DNA from: Octopus vulgaris
Taxonomy: Eukaryota
Length of the DNA stretch: 64,000 nt
Reading direction: 5' to 3'
Assembly (NCBI GenBank): GCA_951406725.2
Contig: OX597814.1
Span: 130,634,001 to 130,698,000, forward strand
Position numbers and translations under genes: made by a program. Below, piece by piece: positions 1-11,693 of the stretch. The notes under the pieces were generated by a model. That model made no database searches. It was not told the DNA's origin and saw nothing but the letters and a program-made list of their open reading frames with translations. Positions within the stretch are counted from its first letter, which is position 1. Every line of letters begins with the position of its first letter.

Positions 1-60
1 TCTTGTTTTTTTTTTATTCTCCCTACATATATATTATAGGTAAATGCTGGCAAAGACATT

Positions 61-213
<153 letters not shown>

Positions 214-666
214 GTGTATTTATTTCTGTGTATGTGTAAGAGTGGGTGTATGCGTGTGGGCGTACTTCGCCTCCGGGTACTTATAAACTAATGCATAAGC
301 AAATATATCTGTATCTTTATCTAACCGTGTATCAATATTTATATCTATAATCCAAGTTAGGTCGTTCACTCTTTTTCAGGCCATGATGAAATCAGCAGGA
401 AAAAAAAAAGACATGTTTACAATTGTCAATTTATATTTACGCATTAAAGCAGCTTCGGGTAAAATATTGTTCTATTTCTGAAAACATATGGATTTATCCT
501 CTATCTCAATTGTTTACAGCTACATTTCATAGTAAAACGCACACACACAATCATACTTACAGACATACATATACACATACTCGGATGCACATGTAAGTGT
601 ATAGAACAACCGACGCAAATTTAGCGTATAGACACAGATTTTCAACAGATAAAAATTTGAAGATTT

Positions 667-832
667 GGCGCAGGCGTGCTTGTGTGGTAAGAAGCTTGTT
701 TCCCAACCACATGGTTCCAAGTTTAGTCCCACTGCGCGGCACGTTGTGCAAGTGCCTTCTGCTATAGCCTCGGTCCGATCAAAGCCTTGTGAGTGGATTT
801 GATTAATGGAAACTGAAAGAAGCCTGTCGTAT
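667..832 (+). mobile_element. tRNA-derived SINE family A, 5' half (CORE-like)
   Basis: Head GGCGCAGGCGTGCTTGTGTGGTAAGAAGCTTG with degenerate A/B boxes; matches copies at 11694, 42024, 61545(-). Confidence 0.85.
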
Positions 833-841
833 ATATATATA

Positions 842-934
842 TGTAAATGTAATATGTGACAATTATTCGGTAGCCAAGATAAAACTCGGAGTTTTATCTT
901 GGCTACCGAATAATTGTCACATATTACATTTACA
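842..934. repeat. Perfect palindrome, 46-bp arms with 1-nt spacer
   Basis: 842-887 is the exact reverse complement of 889-934; right arm continues into a repeat homologous to 21043-21150. Confidence 0.95.
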
Positions 935-1024
935 GATAAATTCCTCTATTTACATAATATCGAGGCCTCTTTCTTTCTTTTGTTATATTACTGTTTTTAT
1001 CAATATATATACATACATATATAA

Positions 1025-1325
1025 AGGGAAAAAACAAAATATCCTGACAGACGATACAAGAAAAACAAGAACGGATCATTCGGAGTTTTCTATCCTCAGT
1101 CGAGTTCCAGATTGTCGTTGCAATTTCGGCTGGTTATACTCGAGATTGCTCCAATCTGATCAGCCCCAAGGAAAAATAAGCTAATGGCATTACATTCCTT
1201 GGAAAAAAGCAGCGAATGCATACAAAAACAAGGACGGAAAAAACAACAAAGAAATGTTACACAAATACAAATAACAGGACATAACAACAGGTGTCTTTCG
1301 ACTAAGAATGAATTAAATTATATCG
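1025..1325 (-). mobile_element. Dispersed non-coding repeat with degenerate hammerhead-like motifs (putative Penelope pLTR-derived)
   Basis: Reverse complement aligns with 29880-30215 and partly 29117-29215 (shared GTCGAAAGACACCTGTTGTTAT and GACTGA(T/G)(G/A)A motifs). Confidence 0.55.
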
Positions 1326-1495
1326 TTCTGACTTTTCTCATTGGTGATGCCGTTCCCTATATAGGTACAATAGTAATTCTTTCCCACTAGGCTCTGATGC
1401 AGTTAGGCATTCCACTATGAGGCGTTTGCATCTATAGCAGATATAGATGTATGCTAATGAAAATTAGAAGATAATCATTTATTCCTTTGTCAACT

Positions 1496-1572
<77 letters not shown>

Positions 1573-1601
1573 TTATTCCTTTGTCATCTCTCTCTCGTTC
1601 G

Positions 1602-1645
<44 letters not shown>

Positions 1646-1696
1646 TGTAGGTGTGTGTGCGTGCGTATATTTATATATAGATTGATATTTCACAAA

Positions 1697-1858
1697 GGGG
1701 TTTCAGCTTCAGTCTATGTCTATTAAATCCATTCACAAAGATTTGGTCGACCCGAGGCTATAAGGGAAGACATTTGATCGAGGTTTCACACAGTGGGACT
1801 GAACCCAGTACCATGTGGTTAGGAAACAAACGACTTACCACAGAGCCACTCCAATGCC
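1697..1858 (-). mobile_element. SINE family A, diverged 5' half
   Basis: Reverse complement of family A head/core (CAGTGGGACTGAACCC...ACCATGTGG...AGCCACTCC). Confidence 0.8.
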
Positions 1859-3687
1859 TACCTTTTACTATTCTTCTTTTAATTGTTCCAGACAATGGGC
1901 TACAGCCATGTTAGGCACAATTTTTCAAAGCACCGCATTTAAATCAAATTTATCGATCACACTTCTTAGGCTATTTCTATCGATCTCTATTTATCATATG
2001 GCTCAGTTCACTTACTGAGTTTATGTAGCTAACCCCTCCCCCTCATGCAGTAAATACCGCAAGGAATTTACAGATTCTGATGAAGACACAGACACCTACC
2101 TTTGTCAGGAATCATTATTTATTTTTACTAATTACAACTGAAAATAGCGTTGATTCATTTAAGGTGGAAGGAGTAATTAGTTCATACAGTCAAGATGGTA
2201 TTCTCAAAAACAAAATATCAGCAGTTTCTCTCTTTCTTCTCTCTCTCTCTCTTTTCTTTATAATCTTTCTCTCTTCTTCTTTTCTCTTTCTCACCCTCTC
2301 TTTCTCTCTCTCTTTTTCCTTCTCTCTTAATCTCCTTTTCTATGCTTTTTTTTTTACCTTTTTCTTTTGTTATGCTGTATCTCTAATCTGATGATTAATA
2401 ATATGTCGCTCAATGAATTAATTGGTGTAGGACACAGAAAGGAAGAGAAAGAGGGCGAAAGAGAGAGAGATAGAAAGAAAGGGAGACAAAATAGAGAGGA
2501 CGAGAGACACAGAGAAAAAGTGTGAGTGAGAAAGAGAAAGAAAGAAAGAGAGAGGGAAAGAAAAAGAAAGAAAGGCAGAGAAAGAGAGAGAGAGAGAGAG
2601 GAAGTGAGTGACTATGCTCTTTCGTCAAGACTAACAAACATTATTACGACTTGATTGATTAAAAAAAATCTACATATATAAATCATAACAACAATAAAAA
2701 GCAATTACAATTACAAGGATGTCAATGTAAATGGATAGAGGGGGGGATAGTGTAGGGGGGGCATTCTAGAAGTATTGACAACAACAATAGATGGCGTTAA
2801 ATGAGATTAGCCATGTAGTGGAAAACAAACGGCAATAGGACATCGATCGTTATTTGGTGAGAAAAATGGGGGAAGAACAGAAAGAAAAAAAAAGACGGAG
2901 AACAATTTCATTCAGAAAAGAGGTTTATCGTTCCCTACTAGAAGCTGTACTACTGTAATGGCGACAACCTCCTTTATTCTCCTCATCTTTCAATCTTCGT
3001 TTGTTTTCTTCTTATTTCTTCGTTCTTTGTTCATTCCTCTACTTTCTGCAGCATCCTAAATCTTGGCTGAATAGGAAAAGCAGAACTGTAGTCTTTTCTT
3101 CTTTACTTTCTATCTTTGTTTTTTTGTTTTTTTTACATTTTACTTCTTTTTTGTCATTCTTTCATTTTCTTGCTATTCATTTTCCTTTTCTCCTCCTTTA
3201 TCTCATTATTCATTTTCTCCTTCGCACCTCGTCATTTACTCCTCTTCCTTCTTCACACTCGCTCCGTTTTCTTCTTTTTCAATTTGGTTGACTCCATTTC
3301 TTCTGTAGAAATGTGTGAATGTAAGCCTGTTCGACTCCAGCCAAATGTGTATAGCATTCGATCTGCACTTTGCCTATTTGTTATGAAGGTGATATTATAC
3401 CGGAGCCGAAGACATTAGTGCAAACCTTGATGATTTGTTGACGGGTCTCAATGTTGTCTCTTTATTGATAATAATGTGTTCAAACCAAATGATGATATTT
3501 TGAACTAATTTATTAACACACGTTTCAGGTTTGTGTCATATGAAATAGGAAATGCATTCATTACATAAAGAAATCTTCCTTAGTTGAAATGTTTTAACAG
3601 AAGGTTAACGTAATGGATGTATTTCCTATTATATAATACGCAAAACTGAAACGTTCATATTAAATGATTTCAAAATATTACTATACC

Positions 3688-4250
<563 letters not shown>

Positions 4251-4460
4251 GTTTTGATTTGACTTCATCATTACAATTTACACGAGTCGATGCCAATGGA
4301 AGTTGGTCGGTCTGGACTCCATTTATGCGGATACTCTAACAACGATTTGGAATAGTTTGTTATATTTGACACCAGTCGAAAATTCTGGTACCGTGCACTG
4401 TTTCTTGGTATAACACGAACTACATACATACATGCATACATACACGCATGCATGAATGCA

Positions 4461-4813
4461 TGCAACTATATGCATGAGAATACATACATAAAGCAAAACA
4501 TACAAATCTGCACATATACATACATACATACATACATACGTACGTACATACACACATCGAAAATACCCTGTTGATGTTGAAATTCGAATGAAGGAGTCTT
4601 GGATCTAGGTTAGAAGCCGGTTCTTTCTCTATTGGCAAGAAATCTTGAAATAAAACTGAATAATGATACCACCCATACACACACACCACACACACACCAC
4701 ACACAAAAACATCACACACAAACACACACACACACACACGTATATGTATATATATATGTATGTATGTATGCATGGATGGATGGATGGATGGATGGATGGA
4801 TGGATGTATATGA

Positions 4814-4846
<33 letters not shown>
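4461..4846 (+). repeat. Left arm of ~400-bp inverted duplication
   Basis: Unique segments identical to reverse complement of 5630-6062; includes 3' UTR-like piece of the (TACA)n-tailed RLE element. Confidence 0.9.
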
Positions 4847-5429
4847 CGCCGTATTTATGACTGAATATTTAGCAGGACTTAACTTAAATTTCTAACATAC
4901 TGATAGTTTATTACAAACATTTGCTCTCATTTAGATACAGAATTTAATTGTGTCTATTCACAAAATCTTTCAAACGCCGAGTCGCAAAAGACACTTCTGT
5001 GTCTGCTGCAGAATTTCTAAAAACGTAATTTAAGAATGTGTCCATAGCAATACTGAGTGTCTGGACTTTTTAGTAATTGATACTTTACTGTGCACAAATA
5101 AGAATACGGAAATACGGTAAGCAATAGTTTTTGACACTTTTAAAACCTGTTTTATTTTAATCTTTCCATCGACAGTTACTTTGTAGTTGATCTCCAATCC
5201 TCAAGAAAATTGAGATCCCCCAAGTATAACCTATTAGAGCTCATGCTAAGATATCCTGCCACTACTGGTATTGTCTTTCCTCTTTGATAAACAATTTATG
5301 TAGTCTTGTGTCACTGAAGAGAATGTATTACTTCAGGGCTTCAGAGACTTAAAAAATATTGTTAGTTCAGTGACGAGACAGCGACGACACCGTTTCATGA
5401 TCCCTTTTTTTTTTTTGTGTGTGTGTCTG

Positions 5430-5610
5430 TGTATTTTGTGTCTGTGTTTGTCCCCACCATCTCTTGATAGTCGGTGTGGGTATGTTTACCTACCGGTATA
5501 TTAGCAGTTCAGCACAAGAGAACGATAGAATAAGCACAAGGGAATGATAGAATAAGCACAAGGCTTTTAAAAAACAGTACTGGGGTTAATTCGTTCGAGT
5601 AATGGCCACA
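5430..5610 (+). mobile_element. SINE family A 3' tail fragment
   Basis: TGTGTTTGTCCCCACCATC...GATAGAATAAGCAC...GTACTGGGGTTAATTCGTTCGA. Confidence 0.6.
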
Positions 5611-5622
5611 ATCTAATATATA

Positions 5623-5629
<7 letters not shown>

Positions 5630-5667
<38 letters not shown>

Positions 5668-5724
5668 TATACATCCATCCATCCATCCATCCATCCATCC
5701 ATACATACATACATATATATATAC

Positions 5725-5762
<38 letters not shown>

Positions 5763-6062
5763 TGTTTGTGTGTGTGGTGTGTGTGTATGGGTGGTATCAT
5801 TATTCAGTTTTATTTCAAGATTTCTTGCCAATAGAGAAAGAACCGGCTTCTAACCTAGATCCAAGACTCCTTCATTCGAATTTCAACATCAACAGGGTAT
5901 TTTCGATGTGTGTATGTATGTACGTATGTACGTATGTATGTATGTATGTATGTATGTATGTATGTATGTATGTATGTATGTATGTATGTATGTATGTATG
6001 TATGTATGTGTGCAGATTTGTATGTTTTGCTTTATGTATGTATTCTCATGCATATAGTTGCA
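5630..6062 (-). repeat. Right arm of ~400-bp inverted duplication
   Basis: Reverse complement of 4461-4846; only microsatellite lengths differ. Confidence 0.9.
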
Positions 6063-6278
6063 GAAACGTTAGCGCGCAGGGCGAAATGCTTAGCGGTATT
6101 TCGTCTGTCGTTACGTTCTGAGTTCGAATTCCGCCGAGGTTGACTTTGTCTTTCATTCTTTCGGGGTCGATAAATAAAGTACCAGTTTCGCACTGGGGTC
6201 GATGTAATCGACTTAATCCCTTTGTCTGTCCTTGTTTGTCCCCTCTATGTTTAGTCCCTTGTGGGTAGTAAAGAAATA
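6060..6278 (+). mobile_element. tRNA-derived SINE family B
   Basis: GCAGAAACGTTAGC...GAGTTCGAATTCC (B box)...CTTTCATTCTTTCGGGGTCGATAAATAAAGTACC central block (resembles the Meta/MESC SINE domain)...AAAGAAATA end. Confidence 0.88.
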
Positions 6279-7111
6279 TATATATATATATATATATATA
6301 TAGATGTACGAGTGTTTATGATTATGTATAGGAAAATATATTACTCAAAGAAATTCTAACTTTGATTTTCACGTTTTATTTACAATTTTATAATAAGATA
6401 TTATAACATAGTATAATGTAATGATAAAAATATTAAACGTCCATTCTGATTGAACTAGAACTTTTTGCATTAAAATATGCCATCTTCAGGTTCATGTAGT
6501 AATGGTAACAGTTGTTTTACAATTTACAACTATGGCGAGATGGTCCCAACAGTGTGCCTTAAATACATTTGTATAAGCTCCAGAATGTTAACTTTTGCAA
6601 ACTGTATTCTGACCAATCAGCGTGTGATTTTACTAAAGAGACCTGTATTTTGCCCCTGGCCAAAGCAGTAATTGTTGGGCAATTTTTAGGAAACATTTGC
6701 CAGGGATTTTTACGTTTCGATTATCATCATCATTATCATCTCTATTATTGTTGTTGTTGGTGGTGGTTGTAGTTATGGTGGTGGTAATGGTGGTAGTAGT
6801 GATGGTAGGAGTAGCTGTGGTAATAGAACTTTAAATCCAAAATAAGATTATTTTTAATAACTTTTCTCTTGACTTAGCTAGTATTTTCCTGCTATCGTCG
6901 TCATGAAAACATTTAGTATCGTTGTTGTTGTTAGTGGTAGCGGTCGTAGAAGTAGAAATATTATCTCTAAGCATTAGTATTATTGTTTATTTAGCTTGGG
7001 TTGGAATTTATTAATAAAGTTCTTTTTTTTTTGTTTATATTCGGTGTGCTTCGTTTTCCATATTTGTTTCGTTTATTTCTGTTGACATAATTTCAGCTAT
7101 ATTCTAGATTA

Positions 7112-7184
<73 letters not shown>

Positions 7185-7199
7185 AGAGAGAGAAAGGGA

Positions 7200-7352
7200 G
7201 AGGCTTCTTTCAGTTTCGGCCAACCAAATCCGCTCCGAAGGCTTTTGTCGGCCCGCAGCTATAGTAGAAGACCTAGCCCCAGGTGCCACACAGTGGGACT
7301 GAACTCAGAACCATGTGGCCGGGAAGCAAATTTCTTGCCACATATCCACGCT
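7200..7352 (-). mobile_element. SINE family A 5' half
   Basis: GGCTTCTTTCAGTTTC...CAGTGGGACTGAACTC...ACCATGTGG is the reverse complement of the family A head/core. Confidence 0.8.
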
Positions 7353-7669
7353 TGCTATATCAATGTTTACAATTAGCTGGTCAGTGGAAGACGATTAGAG
7401 GTCGTAAAAGAACGTACCATTCTCAAACTGGTGAGGCTGATGGGCTATATGTTCATCCTGAACCTCTGTTAGATCTACAGATAAATGACCGCATGAAAAT
7501 CGGAGGTGGAGTAAGATATTAGATATCAAGAATATTGTTGGAATATTTGCAATAAGCAAATTTTGCTGAATTTAACAAATGCAGTTCTATATTTAAGAGA
7601 TGAGGAATTATGTACATTATTTACATTATTTACATTCGACGCATATTTGTCTTCATCTTGTTTATTATT

Positions 7670-7715
7670 AACACAACGTTTCGGCTGATATACGCTCCAT
7701 CCTTCTTCAAGTGTC
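7670..7715 (-). ncRNA. Degenerate minimal type I hammerhead-like motif
   Basis: gacac-TTGAAGA-A-GGATG...CAGCC-GAAAC-GTT-gtgtt; first core base T instead of C. Confidence 0.55.
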
Positions 7716-7801
7716 TTGGGAGAAATTTCGAATCTGGGTTCTCATTCCTAAGGTATTTTTCGATGTTATTATTATTATTGTTATTGTTGTTGTTGTTGTT
7801 T

Positions 7802-7875
7802 AGGTCACTGCTTGGAATCGAACTCGGAATCTTGGGATTAGTAACCCGCGCTCTTAACCACTACGCCATATGCCC
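7802..7875 (-). promoter_or_regulatory. tRNA-derived pol III promoter head (A box + B box); not a functional tRNA
   Basis: GGGCATATGGCGTAGTGGTTAAG...GAGTTCGATTCC: A box TGGCGTAGTGG, B box GTTCGATTCC; acceptor stem does not pair well. Confidence 0.75.
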
Positions 7876-7925
7876 GTGGGCATATGACGTAGTGGTGACC
7901 TCAACAACAATAATAATAATAAAAT

Positions 7926-8001
<76 letters not shown>

Positions 8002-8002
<1 letters not shown>

Positions 8003-8545
8003 GTACCAGACAGTGGTTCTCATGACTTCTGATCTTAACTGATTGGAAGTGTTATCATGTACATTGTTTTGTCTTGGTACAAAAGATGGGCTACAGCAAA
8101 TATTCTGCTCAATACCACAGATTTGCTTGTCAGTTGTTTGACCTTAACCAGTTGAGCATGTTCCTTAGAGGCTGACGATATGTGCATCTCTGATCACGAG
8201 CAGAAGTAGTGGGGGAGCATCATAGCCGTATGTTGAAAGGAATTCTTTAGGGTTTGAATAATTCACCTCTGGAAACATGGGTGTTTCGTTCAACATCCTT
8301 AAACAACCCTTATTCAGGAACCTTTTGAGTGGGATGGGTTACTCGACCTGAAGAAAATTCTACCTGGGCCCCACCTGCAAGGTCATGCGCTGTTTATCTT
8401 GATATGAGATTACTATGTCGCGCACATATGGTTGTGATGCATGTGCCTGGTGTACCCTTATCAGACGGGTAGTCATGATGGGTATAATGGGCTTCGTATA
8501 TTTTACCCCAGTGTCTCTTTGATGGCATGCACTGCTCTCTCACTC
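8002..8545 (+). mobile_element. ~540-bp (AAT)n-embedded retroposon (non-coding; probable 3' UTR or derivative of a TAA-targeting non-LTR element)
   Basis: Highly similar copies at 50412-50843 and 54541-55092; common 3' end CTCTCTCACTC(AAT)n, variable 5' ends, (AAT)n on both sides. Confidence 0.8.
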
Positions 8546-8620
8546 AATAATAATAATAATAATAATAATGACATCGAAAAATACCTTAGGAATGAGAACC
8601 TAGGTTCAAAATTTCCCCAA

Positions 8621-8666
8621 GACACATGAAGAAGGTAGGAGGGTATATCAGCCGAAACGTTGTGTT
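8621..8666 (+). ncRNA. Degenerate minimal type I hammerhead-like motif
   Basis: gacac-ATGAAGA-A-GG...CAGCC-GAAAC-GTT-gtgtt; inverted partner of 7670-7715. Confidence 0.55.
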
Positions 8667-9216
8667 AACAACAAGATGAGGACAAATATCCGTCGAATGT
8701 AAATAATGTAAATTTAACAAATGATTACTTAATAGTCTTTTGATATTTTGCTCGCTCCAAGAATATCAATTCTCACATTATTTATCAGCAACCATATTAT
8801 ATATGATGAAATTTTGAATTATCTTCTTTTGAGAAAATAATACACTTGGTGTTAGCGGTGCACATATAATTTTTCAAGTCTTTTTTTTCATATTTTCCAT
8901 TGAACTCCTCGTGTAGAGCAGCTTTATTCAAGCTGACTAATGTGTAAAAGTGTTACGATGGTAACACCGTCGAAATTTATGATGAGATGTTTCTAAAACT
9001 ACATTATTACTGTGTCCCTACTTTTTAAAAACTTTGACAGAACGATATAAGGGAGATATTTAACAAAGAAGATATTTAATTCTAAGAAGTGAAGCAACCT
9101 CGTAGTAGTTCACTTTTCGGCTCATAATTATCAATGTATGACATATACGACATAGTCATGTTTTCACTTATATTTATTCTGATCTAATTGACAATGTTTT
9201 TATATAGGAGTATAGT

Positions 9217-9553
9217 GAAGGCGCATGGCTCAGTGGTTACAGCATCGAGGTTACGATCGTGAGGTTGTGAGCTCGAATCCCAGAACGGACTGTGTGTTGT
9301 GTTCTTGAGCAAGACACTTTATTTCACGTTGCTTCAGGTCACTCAGCTGTAAAATTGAGCTGCGACGCCACAGGTGCCAAGCTGTATCGGCCTTTGCCTT
9401 TCCCTTGGATAACACTGGTGGCGTGGAGAGGGGAGGCCGATATGCATGGGCGACTGCTGGTCTTTCATAAACAACCTTGCCCGGACCTGTGCCTGGGAGG
9501 GCAACTCTCTAGGTGCAATCCCATAGTCAGTGTCGTGAACGAAGGTGAGTCTC
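9217..9553 (+). mobile_element. tRNA-derived SINE family C (CORE-like)
   Basis: A box TGGCTCAGTGG, B box GCTCGAATCC, CORE-like GTGTTCTTGAGCAAGACACTTTA; homologues at 12236, 44095, 47790. Confidence 0.88.
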
Positions 9554-10245
9554 AGATATTATATGCACACCTTATATGCTATAGTGTTTTAAAAATGTAA
9601 CAAATTTTAAATATAGAGTATTTTCTCATCTCCCGTTCCACTCTGCAAAGATGTATTATTCAGTCTCAGCTTTAGACCCCGTATTGTTTTATCCACATCA
9701 TATTACAGTCTCGCAGCTCACTAAATATTGGCCATGTCCTCTAGTTTCTTACCAAATCATCTCTGGGTTTTATTTTCATGTCAGCTCTTGTGAGTTTCAT
9801 TGCATCACACATCCTTCGGTCGTAAATATTACTTTCCATATCTTTCAACAGTGGCTCTGCAGTATTGCTTATGCACTACGATACACTAATTTTTTCCTTT
9901 TTCATACATTCCCACAACTAATAAATTCTTCCATTTTTTTTACATGCTTCGACGATATAATGATTCATACATCGTAATTTTTCGAGTATTCTCATCTTAA
10001 TCTGATATTCATTTTTTTTTCTATTTTAGAATTCTTCAACTATTTCTCAAAAGAGACATGACTTGTATATTAATGGCTAGAGTTTTCGTTTTAAAGATTA
10101 GTCCAGATTTAAACCCTAAAAGTTCTTTGAAGTATTCTACAATGTTCCTTTATATACATCACAGTCTGTCATATGTAAGTATTCATAACCATATATCTTT
10201 ACCTAGTTTATGATTTCCATATTTATATATATATATATGTATATA

Positions 10246-10294
<49 letters not shown>

Positions 10295-10334
10295 GTACAT
10301 ATATACATATATACATATATATACATATATATAT

Positions 10335-10423
<89 letters not shown>

Positions 10424-11266
10424 TAAATACATGCACGCATGACACACACTCACGCACGCATACACACACACATACATGTTCGTTTTGACAGCAACACACT
10501 ATTAATACCAGTTCTATTCCAATATCTCAGTAATATCAATGTACTGTTTGTAGTTAAAGCATCTTTTTGATCTTTATTCTTTCCGAATGTATTCATGTCA
10601 TTCAAGAAGAGATTATGTACTTTATGCTCATTGCCTTACCATCACAAGAAAGCAGATGGAACAAGTTATCACTCTCAAAGATAATGATTATATATATATA
10701 TATATATTTTTTTTTTTTAATATTCAGCTTTCCTTTCATCCTTCTGGGATCGATAAAATAAATACCAGCTAAATACTGAATCGTCAATTAATTCTATAAC
10801 ATCCGTCTCCAATAAATGCGCGACCTAGTTTCAATATCAGAAATCATCATTATTGATGGCGTTGCCATTCAGTTTATCGCGTGAAGACGTGCCTTGAAGC
10901 AACTCTTATTTGACTTGTGATAAAATTCGTTTTATCTAACATATACTGGAGATTATTTTATTGCTATTTTATCATGAAATAGAAGCAAAGCTTAATTGTT
11001 ATATATATATCTTTTCCATTTAGAAGGATGACATTTTGTTAATTGTTATTTGTTTCTGCTTTCCTGGCAGAAATTTATTCCAATGTGGCTACGATGGTAA
11101 CAATAGTTGAAGTAATTCGGAAGAGAGGGAAAGAAAAATTACGAGCAAAATCGACTGCAACACTTACGTGAACAATAATGAGAAGACGAAGAACAAAATC
11201 GATAATTGTAGAAACTTATCATAATCACTGTTATAATATAGTAGTCATAGTAATGGACATTATCTG

Positions 11267-11279
11267 TGACCTCTGACCT
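11267..11279 (-). promoter_or_regulatory. Perfect DR1 nuclear-receptor motif AGGTCA-G-AGGTCA
   Basis: TGACCTCTGACCT within a repeat-free island; function not demonstrated. Confidence 0.25.
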
Positions 11280-11693
11280 TGTTGGTTATTTTTGGCACCA
11301 ATGAAAAACTAGTCTTAGTGTGAGGATTCGAGGGGAGATATTCAACAGTGGTGAATTGAAATGGCATTGCATTACCTTCACTAACGAACACTAGGAATTA
11401 ATCTAAGCACGTGTTAATTTTATAGCGCTGTCACTACATAAAACAATCGTTTTTAAACTGTGCTACTTATTGGCAGCTAAGTAATCTGGGCCATTCGAAG
11501 ACTTTTGGCTACAACCATAAACCAGAGCCGACGCCAGGAAGCAAATGAACATCACACTGTTGATTTCCGGTTAACCTGTTCCCTTGTCTATAATAGTACT
11601 CACTTGCAGGAAAACTACAGAACATAACAACAGATATGAAATAAGCAACAGCAGAGTAAACGATAAAATCAAAAACATAACAACATACATTTA

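Larger units (their letters stand above)
7582..8710. mobile_element. Head-to-head inverted tRNA-headed, hammerhead-tailed retroelement with 13-bp TSD
   Basis: TSD AATTTAACAAATG at 7569-7581 and 8711-8723; arms ~7612-7770 and ~8570-8710 are inverted copies; central fold-back 7857-7896; tRNA-like head 7802-7875(-). Confidence 0.8.

Noticed and set aside
2073-2113. gattCTGATGAAGACA...TGTCaggaatc hammerhead candidate
   Set aside because: GAAA/stem III half is absent; at best a deleted remnant
7802-7875. tRNA gene with ACT at the anticodon position
   Set aside because: Acceptor stem does not pair well, no Ser-type variable arm, and it is part of a TSD-flanked repeat; treated as a SINE-type head
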